DNA of 64,000 nt from Nymphaea colorata. Taxonomy: Eukaryota. Below the pieces are notes generated by a model. The model searched no databases. It was not told where the DNA came from and was given only the letters and a program-made list of their open reading frames with translations. The position numbers and the translations under genes were made by a program. The stretch spans positions 20,274,001 through 20,338,000 of the forward strand of contig NC_045138.2 in NCBI RefSeq assembly GCF_008831285.2, read 5' to 3'. Within the stretch, counting starts at the first letter, position 1. The number at the start of each line of letters is the position of its first letter. This document shows, one piece after another, positions 51,337-61,589 of the stretch.

Positions 51337-53777
51337 CGCATCCAAATTCACCCCGTAAGCAACATCACATCTCCTTTTCTCCATTTTTTTTTCTCTTTTC
51401 GAAATTTCGACCTTGAAATGTCTAGTAGAAATCTGCAGAAACATGTCGATGGCGGCTCTATGAATTTGAATCTTTTGTTTGTCCAAAATTCAAAGAGCTT
51501 GTTTGGAAATTGGAATGCTGGGATTGATCGTCGGTCATACTCGCTGTATTTCTTGGGAAACATATCCTCTTTCAAAGTATATGATTCAAAAGCATCATGT
51601 TGTCACACCATATTTCCTCAAATAAAAGTAGTAAAGGCGCTCTTAATTACTTGAGGCCAATTTTTATGCGGTGGGGGCACATGGCGGTGCCAGTCCACAT
51701 GTGTTTCAGGGTGGGCAGTTGCCCACACAGCTCTTTAAAATTCGTTTATTTTTATATTGAGAAATTTAATATTTATTGTTATACATATATATGTGCCCCT
51801 CTAAGATATAAATGTTTCTAAACATGTGCAAAATTTTCATCTGGGTTAATAAACCTTGGATTAATGTTCCCTTTTTTCCCTAATTAATGTAATTGTGAGA
51901 AGTCCTTTGTTTTGCATCTATGTATTTGCCAATTGCAGAAGGCTTAGTACATAAGAATCTTAGTGTTTGACACATTCAAACATTTTGGTGCTCACAAGCT
52001 TAGAAGATTGAAATGGGTTACTCAGGGACTGTTCAAATAAGAAAAATATTGTGTTTGTAGGACCCATAATCCAAAAACATCATTTTTTAAGATTCAAGAA
52101 GTGATTATAGGTGTTTTTAAAGCCATTTAATCAAATGTTAACACATATTTATAAAAGTGCTTCTTACCAATACTGTTTGCACCTGTAGCTGTCAGTATTA
52201 ATTATGAAAAAAGATCAGCTAAATTGATCTATCTTTTCTTCTCAAACATAAACATGAACTACATGTGACAGTTCGGAAAAATGGGAACACATTTTCAGTT
52301 GTTTAGGTTAAGAAGAACACAATTTTCTACTCAGTCAGGATGACATTTGCATTTGATGAGGCAAATTAGAAAAATTAATTTGGTTAAGAACTCTGAGCTC
52401 ATTTTAGATGTCCAAAAGTTCAAGTTAAGTTGTTTGGGTCCCAAAGTTTTCAAAATTAGGGCAGGTTCATGGAACCGTGTACATAGTGTTTCATGAATTT
52501 ATCTCAATCTGTCTCAAAAATTGATTACCCTCATTCGGGGTGGCGTCGCCTCAGGTGATGGACTGTTGATGCTGGCTAATCGACGGTTGAGATCAACTTC
52601 CACCGACCGTTCGGTCTAAACCGGTTACACGCACGCGAATCGGTCCTCCAGTCATCTACATAAACACGAATCGGTCCTCCTGTCATGCCTCCGCTTACTT
52701 GGAGAGTCAAACCAACTAAACATATGTCACGTTCGGATCGGATGTATCTTTATCATAACTGATTAATCTGATGGACAATTATTACGTCTGATTTATCATA
52801 TGTTCACCATATTCGGATTCAAATAGGAATGAAAAGTTCATTTAATGTCTGAAATCAATTTTAAATACACAATTCAAATTAAAAAAAAATCTGACTTTGA
52901 TCTTCCTATTTAAATCCGAATCCGACTTTAAATACATATAACATATTTGCAATAAAGATTAGTAACACTTACAAAAATCAAATTAATGACCGAGATTTCA
53001 CCGACCCGCCAGGCGACCAGCTATGTCGATGGCCAAATAATCTATGCATTCAAAGCCGAGCGTCTCGTTTTGAACTCTAAACCGTTACCAATGAACCGCT
53101 CTTGGAGCGTCCCGGATCGGAGGAACTGGTCCGGTTCTGTGACCGGGCGCCTGTCTGCGGTCAAATGGGAGGAGAGATAAGAACAAAGTGTTCCACGTCA
53201 GAAAATGACGTGGGCAGAACGCCACCGTGGCTGTCCCGCGTAGAAGGGACGGCTGGGAGACAGAAGTGTTCGTAGACAAGTTCTTTTGCCATCGTCACTT
53301 CCAATAATAACGAGAAGGCCACTCGTGCCTTCAAATTCTACTTTTTGTTTTCTTCTTGCGCCCAAAGGTGCACTGCCCCCTCTCGGATTCCTCTTAGCTG
53401 GTCAGAAATAGTTTTAGAGAAATAATTTCCAGCATTTATTTTTCAAAATATACCAAAAATATGTTTGAAATATATAAAATATGAAGAAATAGAATTAATT
53501 GAAACTGAACTATGTGAAAGCAATATTATTTGAAAAGTTTAAACGCGGTGCAAGTTTTAAAAAAGATTATAAGTTTTGGATTTTCTTTTTCCTTATAAAA
53601 GAAAGGATCAAAGGTTGAAACTTGACTGTGCTTTTGCTGCACCACCCAGAGTGATGAACAGCCCTTGTATAATATTTGCACATAAAAAGTATGAGATACA
53701 AGTATGGGCTACTGGGTCACAGGGAAGCCCGTACGGATATGTCAACTTTAAAATTTGTAGACAAAGAGATCCTACAA

Positions 53778-53821
<44 letters not shown>

Positions 53822-54451
53822 CGGGTTTAGTGAGATATTAAAATACAAAATTTTAAAAGTTTCGAATATGAATGGACATCGAACTGGGTACCTGACAGAC
53901 ATAGAGTCGTTGGTCGGGCCTGGCGTGGTTTGGATCATCAGCAAGTGCTTTGGGCCAGTTAGAACCCTACTTTGTCAAGCCTCGATCTGCCGGATCCAAT
54001 GCCCAACCTTATATTCTAGCTTTGTTAGCTTTGTTGTTGAGAAAAAAAAATTATAACGTGACCTTAAAATGCAAAAAAAGAGGCAAAATTTGCCAGTCAA
54101 ACTTAGGAACTAATTTAGTCAAATGCTATGTCATCATATCTATTATTCTAAAATGAGTATGATTAAAAAAGAAAATCCTGGCCCCCAATAATTTGGTCTA
54201 GAAATTTTTTTTCAAAGATTTCCACACCGAAATAAAACTTTCTAGGACAGGATCTGTCAATTTTGGCCGGCGTCCTTCCTTGGCGGAGACGTAAGAGTTC
54301 TCACATAGAACAGCCCCACAACAGCTTGTTCCACCTATGCTCAAGTTGTCCAAATATGTCTCCCAGTGTTTTTTGTGAATCCATTCAAAGCTTAGCTACC
54401 AAAATGAAAATGAAAGTGAAATATGTTTGAGATGTTCTCCATAAACATAAA

Positions 54452-54640
54452 CAGGGCCGGAGTCAGAATTTTTTCATGAAATGAACCAAATTAAAGTTTC
54501 TAAATTTTGACTAGGACTAAAATGCCGTCTTTTAAATTTTTTTATATAAAACAAGTGAAATTTTCTAAAATTTACTTGTAAATTCAAAAAAAAAAAGTTG
54601 AGGTGGAACCCGGGCCTGGCCCTACATTGGTTCCACCCTT
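54452..54640. mobile_element. possible small hAT-like MITE
   Basis: Starts CAGGGCCGGAGTC and ends GGTTCCACCCTT with an AT-rich interior; similar end motifs occur at about 59977 and about 62285-62293; no TSD. Confidence 0.4.
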
Positions 54641-56245
54641 ATCGATATAACGCCAACTTAGTAAAAAAATTGAGGTAAATTTACGAAAACCATACGTTTT
54701 GTGAATCTACTCCGACATCTTGAACATATTCATGAGACACTAATGCAATGTTCTTGTCACCAAAGTTCTCTTTTTTAAGTCTCAATCAAGTAGAACCCTA
54801 AAAAGTGAAGTCAAATGTAACACCTAAAAGGTGATGGGAGTCGTTTTTGGACTTACGTTAATCATCTTGAAAAAAAGGCAAAGGAGCATATAAGCACATT
54901 AAATTTGAAGGCAGCTTAATTTGGACTGCTTATGCCACTTTTGCTCTAGATTGCTACTAATAATTTAACACAAATTATGTTTTAGTTCAAATTATTTTTT
55001 GTGAAGAAAAGCGATCTTTCTACTATCAAAATTTTGATGTTACAAGAGGGATTTGGATTTATTGTTCAATTATTAAAAAACGATTACTAAGGTAAAAAAA
55101 ACAAGTAGCTTAATATAAGTTTCTCACCAAATCACTTTTAAGATTATATTCATAAGGTTAGACGGCAAGCTAAATACTTAAATAATTAATTTTAGTGGGT
55201 CTGACTTTTGTCTTTTATTAAAGTGGTATCTCTCTCTCTTTCTATATATATATATATGTGTGTGTGTGTGTCCGTATGTATATGTCGAGAGAGAGAAAGA
55301 TTGGTATGTATATGACCCTTAAGTGTAAAACCCGAAGGTCCCGTTTGATGGAAAAAAATCCATGGTAAAAAGTCGGACTTAAAAGGGTCCAATTTTTTTG
55401 TAGGGTAAACTTATCTTATCTATCTATTTCAACATGGTAATTTTTCTTGTGTTTGATTTTAAAGTGAAAAACTGTACAAAAGCGGCAAGTTTCTCTTGAT
55501 GCACACTAAAATCCCTATACATCAAACGGGGCATAAGGAATGAACTTGACCGTTTGATCTTGAAGGCTGAAAAAATATCAAAGATAAAAGGTTATTAGTT
55601 AATACTAGATAAGTAAAAATTATTATTTATTATTGGCTTTTTTCTCAGTCTTCTATCTAAAATTAAAAAATATATATGTACACCACCAAATTTATAAGTC
55701 CAAAACTTATAAATTTGGTGGTGTACATATAGAGAAATTAGTAATAGTAGTATATATATATATATATATATATAAAAGAGAGAGAGAGAGAGAGAGAGGT
55801 TTACAAGTTTTGGACCAGGCTGAACCCGTCCATGGCATGAAATGGCATTGAAAAACTTCTTTTATAAGTTAAGAACTAAAACATACATACAATTGAGTGT
55901 AAGAAATATAAATGGCATGCATCCAACTACCACAAGTAGGACCCGTCCCATGACGTATTCTGATTGCTACCCACTCTCGGCGCTATATGCTTGTGATGGA
56001 CCTGGTTTGCAATTAGTCAAAAAAACAAGGTTTAACGTTCACTGTTTGACAACTCAAACGCGTGCTCGTTTCCCGCAGATGCATCAGCGTTTCAGCGCTC
56101 TTCTCCACGTCTTCGTGTTTGAAAGGGATTTATTTGCCCCCTGGCCCAGCCATGCATCTCCTTCTACCTCTTCTAGTTTTCTCGTATGGTTTTCTCTCTC
56201 TCTCTCTCTCCATCGATCGTCTAGATAAATCCAGTCCCTCTTCTC

Positions 56246-56279
<34 letters not shown>

Positions 56280-56767
56280 GTTGCTGTTCTGCTCCTTCCC
56301 CAGTCTTAGGCTTCGTAAGTTCGAATAGACGCAAAGGTTTCCGTGTTTCCCGTTCGTCTTCCCGGTCTCTTCAATCTCTCTAAGAAAAGTAACCGCCAGA
56401 CCCCGTTACGATCCCTCATTCTCTCTCTTCTCCCCCCCCCCCCCAGTGGGCTGTGTTCGTCTTCGTCCCCTTCTTCTGACACCCAGCAGTCCTTGACTGA
56501 CGCTTTCTTTTGCTTTGAGAGTTTTGGTTTCTTGTTTCTCACCGGCACCACCAATCCCAGAAGGCCTCCGTCTCCCTGCGTATTGGTTTCCCGCTGGTTG
56601 GGATCGTTTCTTCCTTTTCCTTTAACAAAGATTCGGTGGAACGCTTTCTTTTTTGGTCGTCGAGAAGGAAGACTAAGGATTGAGTGGTGCGTTGGTTCGA
56701 AGGAGAGGACAAGAAGAAGGATCATTTTTCTTTTTTTCGTTTCGACGGCAGAGATTCTAGATTTTGT

Positions 56768-57211
56768 ATGGGCGATCGAGCCATGCAGATGACGCCGGAG
56801 TGTGGGCACCGGTCTGAATCCATCCCGACGAGCCGGAGGTTAAAATCTCGCTTCGCCGAGGTCGCCGGCGGCACGGCCGCGGAGTGCGCGGCGGTGGTCT
56901 GTTGCTGTCCGTGCGGGCTCGCGAGCCTCGTGGTGCTGACGATGGTGAGGTTGCCGGCAGGGCTATGCCGGAGGGCCCTCAGGAGGAGGAAGAAGAGGGG
57001 GGTCGCGGGAAAGAAGAGGCCGGGACTCCTGCACGAGCGCAAGCGAGACGAGTCCGCTCCTCCCCAAGTCCATCCCGCACCGTCGGAGTCCGAGTCCGAC
57101 GGCGAGTGTCCGGATGTGCCAACGGCGACCGACGACGAGTGGCAAATGGACGAGGAGATGTTGGGGAAGCTCTATGCCGGATTTTGGAGGAGCCCTTCAG
57201 AAAGAGAATGA
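56768..57211 (+). CDS. uncharacterised plant protein with GGTAAECAAVVCCCPC motif, intronless, 147 aa
   Basis: First ATG after a long AUG-free leader; GC-rich ORF. RFAEVAGGTAAECAAVVCCCPC, a hydrophobic stretch, LPAGLCRRALRRRKK and C-terminal GFWRSPS match a layout I recall from a conserved plant family of unknown function. Confidence 0.88.
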   Translation: MGDRAMQMTPECGHRSESIPTSRRLKSRFAEVAGGTAAECAAVVCCCPCGLASLVVLTMVRLPAGLCRRALRRRKKRGVAGKKRPGLLHERKRDESAPPQVHPAPSESESDGECPDVPTATDDEWQMDEEMLGKLYAGFWRSPSERE

Positions 57212-60209
57212 TATCTTCCCTCTCTTCACCTTTTTCCTCGCAATTTTACGATGTGGGTAGCGGTAAAAGCCGCTTTTTCACATCATTCCCCCTTCTCATC
57301 TCTCCTTTTCTTTGGTTTCACCTTCTGTATAAAGAACCAAACTTGTCAAATAGTGAAACTAGAAAATTGACAGCGATTGATTCAATTGTGATCAATGCCG
57401 CGTAACAAATGATTGTTATTGTTGATTGTCGATCGTTGTGATCTCTGATGGATTGATGATTTGATTGCCGGCGACTCCTGATAAGCCTGCAGTTTGTGGA
57501 AGCAAGACTCTGCACTTTCACTTTTTTCCTTATTCAAGTTTGCTTTATTAGTTGTTCGCAGGAATGGTTCAAAAGTTTGGTCTACGAATTCCAAGCAATT
57601 TGTGGGGTCTCTAACGCTCTCTATCTATAACTTCACGCGTTCAAGATTGAGATTGACGTTTTCTCTATAAGTTAGTTGATTGATCTCTGCAAAGCCTCAA
57701 ATGCATAATTTTCAATCGCTTTCTTTTCCTGCAATTCTCTATATGTTAGCTGTCTGCTTATGTGGAAGTGTTTGATGTCTGAAATAAAGAATTCAGGAGA
57801 TCTTTGGATGAAATCAGAAACCAACATTTCTTATGGGTAGACGTGCCTACCTGTCGTATCCTATTCGATGAAAGCCTGGGGATTTCTTTCTTTAATTTAT
57901 TACGGCCATTGAAGCTCAGCCTTGTGACCATTTGGTAAACGAGTCAGTGGGGGTACCTGGAGGACATTGATGTTGAAATTTTGCTTCCCCAGATGAGTAC
58001 TTTTCCTCATTTTTTACTCATAACATCTTAAAGTAACTCTTTCCACAGTCGTCAATGTAATACTGGCAAGGGAAGGTGGATCATTTTGCAAAATGATGTA
58101 GAGAATGAGATTCCATTCATAAACCTGAAACTCAAGATTGGTATTGTTTTGACAGTTCCCCTATACCATGTTGGGATACTTGAGTCTATGTTGCTGTCGA
58201 AGTCAACAGAGGTAAAATACAACTGTGGCTTTCCATCTTCTAACAAATTTTAAATTTTTTACAGAACTTTAGTCTAATCTCCTTTGCAGATGGGAGGTAG
58301 AAGCACCAACCTTGATGCAGGTTGATACAGACTGATTTTGAAAAGTTGAAAACATTGGTGTTTGTCTCTTAGCCTATGGGTTCTGTTTCTTGATGTATAT
58401 TTGTTCTCAATTTTGGTTGTCACTTTCTCTTCTTCAACCAGTCCACTGCCTAAACATTCCTCATCTACATTCAGGAGGAAATCTTTGGGGTGGATGGCAC
58501 CCACTCCTGTGCCTTGTCCAGTGGGATTAAGTTCAGTTCTGTGGTGAGCTGTGGATCCCCATCCCATGAAAGCACAGTCTTTTACTGCACATTGGTCCTC
58601 ATCGTAGGTCAGTGGAAGTGTACAGTGCCTTGGTAGAAGAAATCAGTACCTGCCTTGATCGGAGGAATGGGTGGAGTCTGCTTTATCGGATCCCAAGGCG
58701 CCATTTTAGAAGCACTCAAAAGAAAAGCAGTATAATTTGGTTTCTTATGTCTTGAACAGTGAATTTGTCTAATGAATCAATCGTAGACAATGGTTATTAC
58801 CAATACCAAGAACTACACTGAAAAGTGGTTTCTGATGGAGATTTCACATGTAGCTGCATTGAAATTTAAAGATGAGTATCACCTGCAAATATCATCAATG
58901 GATACACGATGAGTTTTATCTTATTTTCTTTCGAAAAGAAAAAGCAATGGATAAACAACTTCTTGGGGTGAAAGAAATCGTGAAATATTTCTTGTTATTC
59001 TGTGATAGCTTCTCCTTCGGCATTTAAACGATTTTCTTCATAGCGTAGAACTTTCTCGTGAAACTAAGTTTCCTGGACTCTAGTCTCTGGCACGTCGTCA
59101 AATTGGTGGGATTTTTTTTTTCAGCTTTTTGTCATTTTCGATCATAAGAATCCAAATTCGATTCGGATTCTCCATCCGATAGATTTTGTTGTTTCCAATT
59201 TGACCCAGTTATATGCATGCTTAGGAAAGGCAAGTCAATGGAGCTAAAAACTCGTGACCATTCTCCTTTCCAGCTATGTTGATGCCTCAAAATTGATCTT
59301 CCTTTTTACCGAGAATCATAATTTTGAAAGCTATGTTTGATAGCTTCGAATTTCATATATTTAAAGAAATGCTTGGGCTAAACCAAGGGCGAAGACAATT
59401 GTAAGCACTGTGTGGGCAATTGCTTACACAAACCAACCAAAATATATATATACATATATATATAATTTATTTTATAAGAAAATTAAAAATAATATTTCAA
59501 CTAAAAAAAAATAATAAACTATTATTTTTTTTAAGTTACTTAAGTGTGGTTGAAATGGAAACATCATACAGGACACCACGATTTTATGATTGAAAAACTG
59601 ATTACATCGAACGCCGTCCGTTTTCATTTAAAAACATTATCCTTCACGATTGTCTAATGCCCTTTTAGGGCGGCGTGCTGGTTTCCGTTAGAATATCCTT
59701 TTTGGTATTCTTGTATTATTATAACTTTTTTTTTTCGTCAAACTTAATTCGTTCATAACTCGCTTTTAAAGATAAAGAAAAAAAAAAGAAAAAGAAAAAT
59801 TTCGGATCTTAGATCTTTTTGGGATATGCTTATTAAAAACCATCGATAATAACCATCGTCCTTGTTTGATAGGAGGGTGAAATTTTTTCCTGTTTTTATC
59901 TTCTTTCAAATGTAGGATAAAAGTAGAATGCTGAAGAGATGTTGGATTCGAGAGCAGACAACATGTGTCTCTGACCAAGGGTGGAGCCAGGGCCGCAGAG
60001 GGCGGCCTGGCTTCTTGAGCCTCTCTGAAATTTCATAAACTCCAAGCGCATATTTGAAATTTGAAAAAGATCGAATGCTTGCTTCCATAATAAGAAGTTG
60101 ATTGTACCCAAACACTGCGCTGGCAAATAATGTTGAGATGCAAGTGTTGATCTTTGTGTTTGTTTGGCGGTTTGCAGGAGGCCAAGTTTTTACCATTTTT
60201 CGGTCTTTA

Positions 60210-60480
60210 GGGGCCGTTTGATGTCTTGGAAATATAAAAAAGGAAAGAAGTTTTCAAAAATTTAATTTCTGAAATTGATGAATCCGAAAGGAAATCCATA
60301 TTTTTAAAACTTATTATTGTTTGATGGAATGGAATAAAGATTCCAGGCAATTTATTTATTACTTTGATGGTCGTGAATGGAAATAAGTTGAAAGAGGTGA
60401 AAGTGAAATTAAGCATTGATTGAGAATCTAAAGGTAACTTTTTTCTTCCTGAAGGAAATAACTTTTCCCTCAAACGTGTC
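60210..60480. mobile_element. Tourist/PIF-Harbinger-like MITE
   Basis: TTA at both 60207-60209 and 60481-60483; imperfect TIR GGGGCCGTTTGA ... TCAAACGTGTC. Confidence 0.6.
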
Positions 60481-60949
60481 TTAAGGTTCTGGGCAGCTTC
60501 GAGGCCTCCATGGTCATATAATATCCTTTTTTCAACTCAAGTATTACGCCGTTTGCAGTTCAGAAGAGTAACAACCAATGTAAAAGATCAGTGCAACAAT
60601 AAAGCAAAGCATGAATGTTTTATTATTAAATTAAAAGACTTTTAGATAATAATAATTAGTAAAAATCCTTGTCTTGAAAGTTTTCCAAAAACATTTTTTA
60701 TACTTAAAACATTTTAGAGAACTATTGTTGACAATGGAAAAAAATAAAACATGCTCGAATATGTGCGATGACCAGTAACTAAGTCTACAACTTACAAGCC
60801 TATCTAATATCCTTTTCTCAAACTTCATAGTATAAATTAAACTTCACCATGTGAATGGACTCCACATAATTTATTTAGCTAACATTAGTGTTATAAGAAC
60901 ATGAACTTCAAGCATGTTTTGTACAAGGGATATTGAGCTTCCCCATGTG

Positions 60950-60986
<37 letters not shown>

Positions 60987-61116
60987 CATCATTCACACTC
61001 TCTTGGTGCCCTTTACTATGCAACAAATCAAAGCTTCCACTTCTGCATTCCTTCAAGCATCACAAGCGCTGGGATAACTTGGCTAATAATACCTTCAAAT
61101 TAAGAGAGATCAAGAA

Positions 61117-61589
61117 TCTGTTCTTTGTTCATGACAGTGAACAGCTTTCTTCAATTTCCACCTCCATGAAGAAAGAGAAGAAGAGTCTGTTCTTCGTCCA
61201 TGACAGTGAACAGCTTTCTTCAATTTCCGACTCCATGAAGACAGAGAAGAAGAGTCTGTTCTTCGTACCGTGACAGTCAACAGCTTTCTTCAAGTTCCAC
61301 CTCCATGAAGAAAGAGAAGAAGAGTCTGTTCTTTGTCCATGACAGTCCACAGCTTTCTTCAATTTCCACCTCCATGAAGAAAGAGAAGAAGAGTCTGTTC
61401 TTCGTCCATGACAGTGAACAGCTTTCTTCAATTTCCGACTCCATGAAGACAGAGAAGAAGAGTCTGTTCTTCGTACCGTGACAGTCAACAGCTTTCTTCA
61501 AGTTCCACCTCCATGAAGAAAGAGAAGAAGAGTCTGTTCTTTGTCCATGACAGTCCACAGCTTTCTTCAATTTCCACCTCCATGAAGAA
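61117..61589. repeat. 69/70-bp tandem array, about 7 copies, with higher-order A-B-C-D-B-C-D structure
   Basis: The anchor gacagt recurs at 61133, 61202, 61272, 61341, 61410, 61480 and 61549; variant order repeats with a 208-bp period; the unit translates to 23 aa (KSLFFVHDSPQLSSISTSMKKEK). Confidence 0.96.

Noticed and set aside
50904..51486. Long antisense ORFs over the RVxF gene; similar ones overlap the CCCPC, VQ and CRTISO exon 1 regions
   Set aside because: These are expected shadow ORFs of GC-rich coding sequence.
58497..58683. Possible MIR482 hairpin (gcacccactcct pairing with aggaatgggtgg)
   Set aside because: Only about 11 bp pair across a loop of about 150 nt; better explained as a P-loop remnant or target site.
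61117..61589. Regularly spaced repeats resembling a CRISPR array
   Set aside because: The whole 69-bp unit repeats with no unique spacers, there are no cas genes and the context is eukaryotic.
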